Positions 1 through 11,666 of a stretch of 64,000 bases of DNA are shown here, piece by piece. A model generated the notes under the pieces. That model saw nothing but the letters and a program-made list of their open reading frames with translations, searched no databases and was not told the origin of the DNA. A program made the position numbers and the translations under genes. Each line of letters begins with the position of its first letter. Position 1 is the stretch's first letter. Origin of the DNA: Catajapyx aquilonaris (Eukaryota); the NCBI GenBank assembly GCA_000934665.2, contig KZ538363.1:1-64000 (forward strand), in the 5' to 3' direction.

Positions 1-3000
1 ATTGACCGTTCAGTGTGGCCCTCATCCGCAGCCCTGGATCCCCGCAGCAAGAAATTGGTTACAAAGTAGAGCTAACGACTTCATTTGCAATGTAATGTAC
101 GACCAGTTTTTACCAGTTAGGCCCTACATGTTGTGCTCAAGTCGCCAAATGTGAAGACGTAAAATTGTCAAGTTTGCAGAGTTGATTTAATGACGCGTGT
201 CATGTACTGTGCATGTATCCTGTACGGTGAGCAACCAGAATTGCACAGCTGTAGTGATAAAAAGTAATCGTGTGTCTAACAGGTGTGAGTAATCCATCAC
301 CAACAGTAAACCAGCAATTACTGAACCTCATTGCGTTTGGACTAATTCAGTTTTGAATTAGAATAATCAGATAAGCTAACCAATGACAAATGGTAATATT
401 TTGCACAATTATTCTCATGTGCAGCATGTGCGAAATTAGGACCTATTTTATATCCATTGTCAGCTTTTTAATTGGTGCAGATATCAGGAATTGAAACATG
501 GAAACACGCAGTTAACTATAACGGTGGTTCTCAAAATGGTTGAAAACGTCTCTTCAAAACAAGCGAAAAACAGAAACACTAACAGCCATAATTAGGCTAG
601 AAAACAACTTGGACCTCTGCGGCGCCGATCTAGCAAGATAAGAAGTCTGGGAATGCTGTGGTTTTAGAAAAGAACACGACTCGACCATCTCTTCTACTTG
701 TACACTCGCTGAGTTGTGTTCCGTCGGTTTCTTTCAGGTCCGGACTTCCAGCATGGTTTGGCGACACGTATCGGCAACTTCGATCAGAACCTACAACTCC
801 GAAACAAGCACGAAACACAAAATAAAAAAAGCCGAGCTTGCGACAAACATTTTACAGCATGTTGGAACGCTCATACAATTTATCAGTACGACACTGAATT
901 TGGAGGGGGTTTAACCTGATTTGCTGCTTGATAAGAAAAGGTTCCCATGCTCATATCAGCTCCACGGTTTAAGTGCTTCATGGTACAGTTGAAGAGTTTA
1001 TCTTGTACATTAGCATATGCAGGAGGAGGATTACATCTACACCTGTATATGCAACATCTTATTTGAGTACACCGGACGTATCAACGTAAATTCAGAGAAA
1101 TCTCAAAATAAACAAATTAGGCGAAAATAGTCGGAGAAAAACCGAAAATATTGTACACGGTGATACAAAAGGACATGTTTTTCCCCCTTCTAAACAGTTT
1201 GTCCCAGCACTTTCTGTACTTTCGTATTGATGATGTATTCGGATTTAAAAGTTTCATTAGGTATAAAACTGTATAATTATTATTGTTTCCTAACTCTTTC
1301 TCATCCAAATAAATGTGTCCTACCATAATTTTTGTAAGGTGCAAATGACACCATTACAGTAATCATTGTTATCAGCGAAATTAAAATCAGAGAATATTAA
1401 GTTTAGTGTTAAAATTTTTCAACCATTTCTATCTCCAGCCAATCAAGCTGTCTTCAGCCTTTTTCAGAATTCCTTATGGATGGCATGAGGCTTTTGTCTC
1501 AACATTGCTACCAGTCAACCAAACCACTTCGTGTGGATATGTCGTGATATTTTTCCATTTATTTTGTTTATTTTGGTGTAGCCATATGGCACCACCGGTC
1601 CGCAATTATATATACGCCAGCCCATGCAAAGGTACAGCACCTGACGCAATAATTCCATCAGATGAAAACAAATCGCTAGGCCTACTCGAGTTACTAAAAA
1701 AATATCTATCTTCGCGTCCTGCTGCGTCGCACAGCCTCATCGCAATGCAGATAAGATCCCCATTAATAAAGAAATGCTATTAATCACTAAAGCGGCGAAG
1801 AGTATTTATTGCACTAAGAGTTGTTGCTGGCAGGAGGCCTGTCACTTGGACCAGTCCGAGCCCTTGATGGCTTTTCTCGGTTGGAATGGAACCCCGATAA
1901 TCCCTATAATCCCAATTGGAATTGATCACTGGTTATATCAAACATGTACTCCGTTTATCTGCAGGTCAGCTCATTTTAATTTCCTCGGAGCTATTGTTTA
2001 TGCTTCTCATTAATCAGGGACGTTGTTGTGCTTGGTAGTTTCCACATCGTAAACGTACCAGAAAAGTCAACGGCCATGAATTATACGACAGGTTTATAAA
2101 ATATTCAAGTTATTTTGTCGGATTGACTTTGTTTTTTTAAAAGGTCGGTTTGGAGCATCAGACGCGTGCATCGTTAGCCTTAACGAGACCCCTATCAATG
2201 TCAATAAGTGGGATTAAAAAGGGGCACCCCAGGAGAGCAGCTGGCGCCATCATCCGCCAACCTGCAGATATTGCAAGTGATAAGTGCAAGGGCGTGTAAT
2301 GTAATAAGTCGCATGCATACTGCTCTTGCTCTCATGATATAACAATGGTGCATGATGGGGTGGTCTTTGGAATTGAATATTAGTTTGCCTGCCCGTAATT
2401 ATTCAGTTGCGGAACACGAAGGCCATTAAAGTCACATGATGGTTAGAGCACTATGCGGCAATAAGCTTATCCATAAATAAATGCCTATACGGGCCAGTTC
2501 GTTGGAAGTTTACTATTTCTTCCCCGACCATATAGGGCAGTACAAATGGTGTAACAAACATTTCGTCCTATAGGTATATATACCTCGTGTAATAAAAGTC
2601 AGCTCAAATCCATATCAGTAAAAATATCGCGGACACTCATTTCCACTTGCTCCTGATGTGGTCTTGCCTCCCAAGTTTGGCAGCAAGTTACATACCCCGT
2701 TGGAAATCCTACGTTTAATGGACTTTTTAGTAATGTCCATGCAAGGTAAGGACACAGGAGGTAATGTCCGTAAAATTTCCACCGTTGCGGATGTGAGCTC
2801 TTCAGTGTCAGAAAAATATGGATTTGTGGATATTACAGTGTTCTTAAATGCTGGTGATGCACACGGAAAATAATTTTGTTGATAGTGTTGCAGCTATAGG
2901 GAATAAAAGATTTTCATACATGTTGCACTATACATCATGTTTCTACGGGACTATGGCATATTAAAACCTGAAACGGCAGGCGATATATTTTGTCACCTTT

Positions 3001-4099
3001 TCCTATATAACATAGCCACAGCCAGCAAATGATCCGGCTTGGACATCCCTGGCATTATGTCGACATTGACAAAAAGTAAACATAAATACAATCAAAAACA
3101 AAAGAAATATTTTGTGATGAGTCCGTTTCACTTCTCTTTAATGATGTCGAGAATTCGAGATAAGTGCAGACGCGGAGATGAAACCAATAAACCAATATTT
3201 ACATAATGTTTCGATTTCGAGACCGGAAAAACAGTAATTTATTTATTTTTAATTAAGTAATTCCTTGTTCCGGGCATGAGGAGTCTCACTTGCCCATTTA
3301 GAAAACACGAACTATTTTGTTAATTCTCCTATAGCCGTGAAGTGTAACCCGACTGCGAATTCATCCATGCTGTGTCATGTGTCACAGGCACTTTGAAACT
3401 ATGTAAGTTATTTATACAATATAACCCATAGGCCATGGGCAATCGAGTCACTATAATGCAGGAACACACCGCGTCAGAGAATTGAGGCAGTGACTCGATC
3501 GGATATACCTATATGTTGGTTCAATGCAATACCGCGTTCAAGAATCAGAAACACAAGTGGACAGCATGTGTCTTATTTGTTGTAAAATCATATCGCTTTT
3601 TATAAATGAGGTGCATATAGTGATAAAATTTTATTAAAACATAGCTACATTGGTTATTCCACTTAACAGGAACTTATAACTTACATAAAGAAAATTTTAG
3701 TGCCCGTATACTCGTATAGTGATCGAGCGTCTCTGTGTATTGCACAATCGATACAGAAATAAATATAATGTAATTACCCGCTTTTTAAACGTGAAGGTTT
3801 TCAAATAATGCCTCATAGACAGAAGAAGGCTAGTACACCACATAAGTCGTTATTATAATGGTTGTGTAAATGAGAATAAGTAAAATCAAAAGTTGGTGAA
3901 ACCAGCATAATTTTAGAGTATAGGCCGTGCTAGAAAATGGTTTTCAGTACAATATACGGTACCAATAAATCCCAAAGGCACAGCATATTGAGACATATTG
4001 TCACAGTACGTACGTTATCATATAGGTATTCCCGTAAAGTTACGTTGTATAATAATCGGTCAGAGTGGGCGGGCATATCACTATAGAATAAAAATAATT

Positions 4100-4720
4100 C
4101 AGTGAAACCTGCCCATTACGGACCCTGGATATAGCGGAAACCTATCCATTGCGGAATATTTTCCGGGAACGGGCATAAGCATACCTGAGGGACGCTAGCA
4201 CCGCGTTGCTCCACCAGTTTGCAATGTATTTTTTGACGGATATAACGGAACCTGCCCAACGCGGACCGGAAGGGATTTTTGTCTCCCTTCAAAGAAAATC
4301 CCTGTTCATAACGGAAATCAAAAGGTTCATATTATCTCCTGCGAGTCACAAAAATAGAAACTACAGCCTGGTTCACTCCCGACCCTCCCAGGAGGCCTCT
4401 GAGTAACCCTTTCTGGACAGTCCTTTCACCATACTGTGTCTCCTAATTGATGGAATTGCCATCGGCCTTGAAGATATTTCGAGAGGAAAGAGGACTATTC
4501 TCGGGTTTTCGTGGAAAAAAAGTGTGTGGTGTGTGTGGTGATGGACTGATTTTGCAACATCTTGAAGGCAAGGTGTTTATTTTTTCTCTCCCCATTTTCC
4601 TCTCTTTCTCACCGGCAAAAAAAACTTACTAATATCCTTGATCTGGTTATAGCGGAAACCTGTCAATTACGGAAAATTTTAATGGTCCCATGCGATTCCG
4701 TAATACACAGGTTTCACTTG
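4100..4720. mobile_element. Non-autonomous DNA transposon (MITE), Tc1/mariner-pogo/Tigger-like
   Basis: The imperfect terminal inverted repeats are CAGTGAAACCTGcccATTACGGA (4100-) and TCCGTAATacaCAGGTTTCACTtG (-4720). There is an internal 38-bp direct repeat (4125-4162 vs 4643-4680, 5 mismatches) and related ATAACGGAA units near 4242 and 4309. It has no transposase ORF, and the TA target duplication is not preserved. Confidence 0.7.
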
Positions 4721-7700
4721 CAATAGCAGTTACGCTACAATGTTGAGCGTATAAAGTCAGGCTATATGTGCAGTTGCAAGTCTCGCCTGCATCACATTAT
4801 ACTATATACGATACTGTATATACAGACCTCCTCGTGGCAAGAAGTTCGGATTAATTTCAGAAGCCACCGTTTCAGCAAAAAGCCAATTTCCGCTTTCATA
4901 TTTTAAACACAAAGTGAATATTTTGCCTAAGAAACAGAGATGTGGATTGTTTGACAACATCTGGTATATAGGTTTCATAAGCTGAGCACTTCCTCTCAGC
5001 TTTAGGCTTCTTTCGAATTTTTATGAAGAATTTATTCTAATTGATTTTGGCAGCTTCGGATCAGCTGGTGATATTAATCACCCTGCGCGCAAGGCAACCA
5101 GCAAAATATTGCTGCTACACGGGTCACCTGGCCTGCAGGGCGAACTCTATTAGTAGGCCTACCGGTACCAGCTTGTATTGCTATTCAGAACGTAACAAGC
5201 GATTAGCACAGTAAAGAAGCAGTACTAACCATCAAAATCAACTACGGTAATGTTGTTCTAAAATTTTATAACAGTACCCATAATTTTATTAATCCAAGAG
5301 GAACTATAGACTACGCACCATACCATCCGCGTGAAGAGATGCAACAATCACATTTTGTGACTGTTGCTTCTCTTTAAAGTGGTGGATGGTGAGGTTTAAG
5401 CAATTGTCCGCATCGTCTTCTCTGCTTCCAATATTTTATTGACAAGAATTTAATATGTTTAAGACTTCTTATACATTATGTAGGTTACATAGTTTTGCAC
5501 ATAGCCTCTATCTAATTAAACAAGAGGACGGCACTGTCGTGATAATGGCAATAATGACTTTCAACGATGACAAAACTGATGGAGGCTTGTGGCATCGCAT
5601 CAGACGTATATATATACTATTCTCTCGTTGAAACAATAATACTGCATTACGAGTATATACCATCCGAAGTGAATTTTTCTGGCATGTGTTTAAAATTATA
5701 CAGCAATATTGCAGTACAGTATAAGTATATAGGAACACGTTCACTATATAGTGCCCACAAGGTTGATGCATTCTGAATCTGCCGCAAATAGCCTACATAT
5801 ATATACGGTATATTTTGTGCCTCATGAATTTATGCCGGCCTATGTGGCACGCATTATAGTTTCATGCGGAACGCATGTGTAGCCGAGAACAAAGTTGCCT
5901 AATTCATGCTCGTAGAGTGCACGTATATATATAGTGTATACAGAGAGTGTATATATACCGGATTGTACCTCAAAAGTAATGTAACCACACTTCACAAAGC
6001 ACAAAATAGTTCTGTGGGCCTATGTGTATGTATACGGTATACAGTATTATAGGGCCTATACATCCTGTTTGATCAGCAGCTCCATCTCCCTTACTAAAAT
6101 ATTATTATTTAGGCGTGGATTGTGGTACCACACAAATATATGACAATCCTATTGTATTTGTCACCAGCAATAATTGCCTCCAAATCTTTTTTTGCAGGAG
6201 CAGAAAACCTTTGCATGCCACGCATATAAAACAACACTATATTGTGCTGCGTATAGCCCATATGTCACCATACACAACTGAGCATCTATATGCAAATAAC
6301 GTGTCGAAAGAAACGCACTGTCGCGATGGTAAATGAAGCGCGTTTTTTTGTTGTCAATGAACATTTGGTCGTGAAATAGGACGAAGGGTTCTTTCGTAAT
6401 ACCCCGGGTACTCTCTGCCCCCTTTGTCCTTTTCCAGTATACTGCACTGCCCAGAGAGAAGTCAGAGGAAAGGTCCCCCTTTCCTCCCCTTCCCGTCCCG
6501 CCTTCCTCCCCGTGACATACAGGGTGGTGCACAGCCCCAGTTCAACAAGGAGTTGTCCACTCCAGCAACCGGATTAAAAAGCAGCAACAATCCTGAGAGG
6601 GGAATGTGGCTTTCAACATGTTTATTCCTATTCATCTCCAGTTGATGTGGTACACAATCCGCAACAAATTTCCTGTTGAACCGTGTGCTTGGCCATTGCA
6701 CCACCCTGTGTATATGTGGTATATGCAGCAGGGTTGGCTACATAAAATAGAGCGGGGTAGCGAAGCCATACTTTGCTGCCACAGGAAAGGGGAATTCTCC
6801 GGAGTGGGACTGCACGCAGAGAAGGGCTAGATACAAAGTAGATACCACAAATTTTTTCGGGGCTAATTCAGACGTGCCTTGTCCCATGAACCTGGCTGAC
6901 ATCCGCGTGAGGGAGTTTTTCCTCCTATAATTAACAGGCAGGGGTCACGAGGTGGCCATTTGGTTCAACCGACTCTGTTGCAGGGTTATTACCGGGCATT
7001 GTGTTGACTTCTCCGGCTTATCACGTACTCTACCCAGCATATATAGGAAACTGATAACTATCCGGTTGTCCGCAGCAAATTTTACGTGACATGAAATAAT
7101 GCTTATTAGTTTTTTGAAAACGAACTGTACCAGTTCAAAATTTCGCGCGCAGGATATTACGTAATTAGTGTTCAGAAATCCGGAAACTTGAGAGTGTCAG
7201 CATGAGTGCATAATAGTGGGAATAGAGAGTGACGTAAAGGTATAGCGAAAGTGTAAACAGCGTGAAGGATAACGACAGGATTTGAGGCAGGTCAGTAGCC
7301 AGGGGAGGGGGAAACCCTGCTGACCTGGCTTCCTCCCCCTCTGCGCATGAAACGGGCTAGTTGCATGCACATATTTGCTGCTGCTGGGCATCACCTCTTA
7401 TACACTCTAGGCTCACATGATGACACCTGCTGCCTGCCCATGACCTGCTGCGTGACCCACCAAGACTGGAAGTCAGAAAGTTCATTCACAATTTTTGAGC
7501 CGCGTTGTTAAGATGACATGGGCTCAGCAACAATATTGAATTCGATGAGAAGAGGCGGTTCGTGACTTTTAACAAAACCTGAGTATAACTTCAAAAGAAT
7601 TGCAATATAATGAAAATCAACAATTAAAAGTCCTGTAGGCTATATACCATCTACTGTATAGTGGCCAGCACAAAGATAACGCCACCGGTCTTGAATCCGG

Positions 7701-8299
7701 GAAAGTCCATGATGCGCTTAGATCTTTTAATACGGTTTGGAAGCACAGATTTACATCTCCAGGATGGGAACAAAGAAAGGGTTAAGCTCCAGCGTTGACA
7801 GACCTTCCATTATTAGTGCTTTTAGCTTGAGCCAGATTAGCCCTAATTCCAGTTGACAGTGGCAGGCAGAAAAAAATGAAGCGTGAAAGTAGGATTAGTT
7901 CAACAAAAAGGCATGAAACTGCAACCTGCCCCTGTGTGCATTAAGCTCGAGATGTCCTCTGCCCAATGTCGCACGTAATAACTCTCATGAATGTAAAATA
8001 ACTACCTGCAATTGGCATAATAATTATGGCTCATCCCAAAAGGTCCAAATGAGTATGCACCGAATTTGTATGGTTTATGTGGATTAACATTGAAGGATTT
8101 AAGTATGATTTGTTGCGGCTCTATGTGGCTCTATAGATGACTTATTACGTCTTTACGTGAACAAAAATTCAGAATTATCCAAACATATACACCGTATTTA
8201 TTAAATTTTCCTACTCTCGGGTCAAAGGTTACGCATCTCCCCCTCCCAAATCCAGACTTGATTCGTGGTCATTACCAAGTCGATCCCCAGAAGCATTAG

Positions 8300-9016
8300 A
8301 CTCACACCTCTCATGCCGAGTCCCGGAGGGATAATTAGCGCTATACCGCTGACCGTGGCGCAATTCAGTCCGCCTCTGAGCCGGCCCTCCTTCAGGCCGG
8401 TGGTCTTCTCCCCTGTGCCAGACTAGCCTCGGACAGAGAGCACCCTAGCGGGGCATCCCCAGACCTCGTTGCGCGCGACCCCCGTGGCCCCTCCCCCGCC
8501 GTCACGCCCCCTCCATGATAACTAACCATATCCAGCCCTCCTGCGTGCAACAAACAACCATAACAGCATAGGATGTACTCGACACAATTATTGGACATAT
8601 CATTTTTGTACGCATAGTTAAGTTGCGTGCATAACATTCCTCTGCCAGTTCTGGCTGGAGTGTCCCAGTGGCGAACACATATTGTTGTGGGTGTAGTATT
8701 GTTGTGGACGCCCCGTAGAGGGTAACAGCGTGCTTCTGGGGGTGTTTGACCCGTTGTTCCACCGAGGCTTCTGGTTGATCGTCACCGCCCAGAGAGCGGG
8801 CTTGTGGTGGCGCAGGCCAATGGGAACGGCTGCGAGGCCGGGAGTGAGCGATGGAGGGGGGTGCCCGGCGCGGCGCGGGGCGATCCCGCGGACAAATCGC
8901 GTCCCGGCACCGAGGGGGGGAGGTGTCCTCCGCGGCCATTATTCCCAGAGAGTTCTGTAAAGGTGGGCTTGGCATCAGTAGTGTGCTCGGCTGGGCCCGG
9001 TGGTGACCACCGTCGT
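8300..9016 (+). promoter_or_regulatory. GC/CpG-rich proximal promoter and 5' leader region of Zic
   Basis: GC and CpG content rise sharply just upstream of the ATG. There is a CCAAT box in NF-Y context (GGCCAATGGG, 8815-8824), and Inr-like TCAGTC (8365) and ATCAGT (8974). The TSS cannot be fixed from sequence. Confidence 0.55.
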
Positions 9017-10091
9017 ATGATGGATCATGGTGCGCCACGCCACAAGCGAATCGGCGGCGGCGGCGGTGGCGGCGTTTGCGGAGGACCCGGTGGTGCCAGT
9101 GCGGGGTCAGTGCCGTCAGTGAATGGCGCCGTGGCGGGCTTTGGCTTTCCTCCGGTGCAGTTCGGCGGGGTGGGCGTCGGGGTTGCCGTGAGTGTCCCCG
9201 CCGACTTTGGCCACCACCACCACCATCACCACCACCACCACGCGGCGACGGCCACCGGTGCAGCGGCCGACATGCTCAACCCGTTCATGGACAGTTCGCA
9301 CATGGGCCTCAAGCTCAGCCCTCCCACAGTGGGGCACACCGATATGCCCCCGGTACCGCCCCAGGGCAACCAGCACTACGGGGCGCAACCCAACGGATAC
9401 GCCGTCCCAGTGTCGCACCACATGTCGCACCACGGACATGTCAGCTCGTACGCCGCCAGGGACTTTTTACTCCGACGCGAGCACATGCCTCTGACGGCGC
9501 CGGACGCCCTCAACAACCAGCACATGTTCGGCGCCGGGCTGGGTCACCACCCGGACAACGTGCTGTTCCCCGGCCTGCATCCCCACGAGCCCCCGCACCA
9601 TGCCCCCCACATGAACGGACAGATGAGGCTGGGCATGGAGATGTACTCTCGGGAGCAGTTCAACCAGATGGCACCGGCCAACCAGTTCCACAACGCCATG
9701 AACAGCATGAACCACATGAACCACATGGCACCGCATGGACCCGGTGCCTTCTTCCGGTACATGCGCCAGCCCATCAAGCAGGAGATGACGTGCCTGTGGG
9801 TGGAGCAGGACCAGCCCTCGCCCAAGAAACCGTGCAATAAAACCTTCACCACCATGCATGAGATAGTGACCCACATCACGGTGGAGCACGTGGGAGGCCC
9901 CGAGTGTACCAACCACGCGTGTTTCTGGCAAAATTGTGCGCGAAACGGCAGGCCCTTCAAGGCCAAGTACAAACTAGTCAATCACATTAGGGTGCACACC
10001 GGTGAAAAACCATTTCCGTGCCCGTTCCCCGGCTGTGGCAAAGTCTTCGCCAGGAGTGAGAACCTCAAGATCCACAAAAGAACGCACACCG
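9017..10091 (+). CDS. Zic: Zic/odd-paired family zinc-finger transcription factor, coding exon 1 (N-terminal region, ZOC, ZF-NC, zinc fingers 1-3)
   Basis: The first in-frame ATG is at 9017 (MMDHGAP...). The translation contains the ZOC motif RDFLLRR (9458-9478), [18 protein letters not shown] (9743-9784) and three Zic-type C2H2 fingers (...[45 protein letters not shown]). The exon ends at ACC G|GTAAGT, a consensus phase-1 donor. The start could alternatively be ATG 9020 or 9272. Confidence 0.96.
9212..9241 (+). repeat. Coding (CAY)10 repeat encoding a poly-histidine tract
   Basis: Ten consecutive His codons (nine CAC, one CAT) in exon 1. Confidence 0.95.
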
Positions 10092-11574
10092 GTAAGTTCC
10101 CACCACCACGCACGGATGGTTGTGTCATACACATAGCCTACCATGTGCTGAACCACTTTCAAATGACGTCACATTTGTTGTGCCATTGACAACAATGGTC
10201 AGCATTTAACCCTTTAGCTTATAGCAGTGTGCATGCCAACTGTGAGGGTATACCATCAATCACACCATGAATTAACCTAATTATTTTTAGGCGTTAGAGC
10301 AATTCCACAATAATTGGTGAGATGAATCATATACAACTATAAAACATGGCGTATCAACCTGTCTCTGGTTATTTTTATTTTTTTGTAACGCGACGCCATA
10401 AATTGTGGTCCGAATTAGTCCAATTTGGAATCGTAACAAGCTGGTGCTCTTCCTAAGGCGTATCCCCAACAGAGTCGAATAAACATATGAATAGAAACTG
10501 TCAAAGCACGTGGCACCTGCTCGGTGTAAATAACATTGTGGTGAACTCCAAACAATTTGTTTCCGTTTCTGAAAGTTACTCTGGCAGCTGCACATTGGCC
10601 ATGTTTTCCTTCGCCACAGATTAGTCCTGTCATTCCTTCGGGATGAACAATAACCACCTTCCCATTCATAGAGCCAAAACTCCATTTCCCTCCAGCATTA
10701 TTTATCGTGTATGGATTTAAGAAGCATAATTAGGGTGGAGAAAGGGGCTGCCGGAATATACATTTTACCAGTGGACTTTCATCTCTTTCGTGCCTGGTTG
10801 GCGTGGTCAACGCCAACAAAGGAGCTCATTACCGGCGGACACCTGGTAATCATGTCTTCAGATGGTTCAGGGGGGGTTAGCTAGGCTGGGTGAAGTGGGT
10901 GGATTGGGGGAGGCCAACAAACTGAGTGACTGCTGAACCGATTCGGAGGACAGATTTTGGTGATACCCAGCAAGGAGGCTTACATGGGGGATTTCCAATA
11001 GCGGATTTTCAGGGGAGCCTATTTTTGGAAAGAGGAGGATTAAAATGCACCGGGCCTACAGCCTTTATGCTCTCAACCCCTACCTGGTATGTTTTGCTTT
11101 TAGAAGGTTTTCAAGTAGAGGGCACTATAATAGCAATAGGGACTGAAACCTTCATTTTTCTTCATTAGTGGAAATGGGCGGGACATGCACATAATTTTTA
11201 ATGCATGGTATGCCACAGTATACGATTAACCAAAGGGTCGGATACAATCTGGCGATGCATCACGAGGTTCGAACTGCGCAATGAGTAATGAACATTCGGT
11301 GTAATTTATTTGTAGATTAATTCGCACCTGAATTAATAGCGCCTTAATGAACAGGATACCAACCACTCCCAAGCCATGCAGGAGTCGGTTGGTGACCTTT
11401 CCCATGAGCTTTAGTGTTAAAAGTAAGAGGCACTTGCATAGTTTTGTTGTGAAAACGAAGGAGTAAAAACCCGCCTAAAGCACATGAGCACTTATAATAA
11501 GGCTGTCAATATTCCACCATTTCTGTAGGCATTGTTTTTGCCATTATCGGGCATAATGCGGGTACCAATATTTC

Positions 11575-11666
11575 AGAGGTTGATACCGCGATCCTACCGC
11601 AGAAAAATGGTTACATAAAATGTAGTCGTTTTTCTGCGGTATAGGATCGCCGTATTTTGACTCTCT
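11575..11666 (+). other. Long imperfect inverted repeat / stem-loop within the Zic intron
   Basis: The core 11583-11655 has left arm ATACcGCGATCCT-ACCGCAGAAAAATGGTTACAT pairing with right arm ATGTAGTCGTTTTTCTGCGGT-at-AGGATCGCcGTAT around an AAA loop. Weaker pairing extends to AGAG/CTCT. Confidence 0.85.

Noticed and set aside
1..8300. A head-to-head second Zic paralogue, as in vertebrate ZIC1/4 and ZIC2/5 pairs
   Set aside because: No C2H2 finger-coding sequence is visible on either strand elsewhere in the window. One could lie outside it.
8502..9981. Multiple alternative-frame and antisense ORFs of 100-254 aa over exon 1 (and similarly 32626-33456 over exon 2)
   Set aside because: These are shadow ORFs expected from GC-rich coding sequence and have no recognisable domains.
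8804..10189. ORF-track 461-aa protein as a complete single-exon gene
   Set aside because: It starts at a GTG upstream of the first ATG and reads through the GTAAGT donor at 10092. The tail (KFPPPRTDG...) is intronic, and fingers 4-5 lie at 32614.
11255..11285. GGTTCGAA resembling a tRNA/SINE B-box
   Set aside because: There is no A-box at suitable spacing and no cloverleaf.
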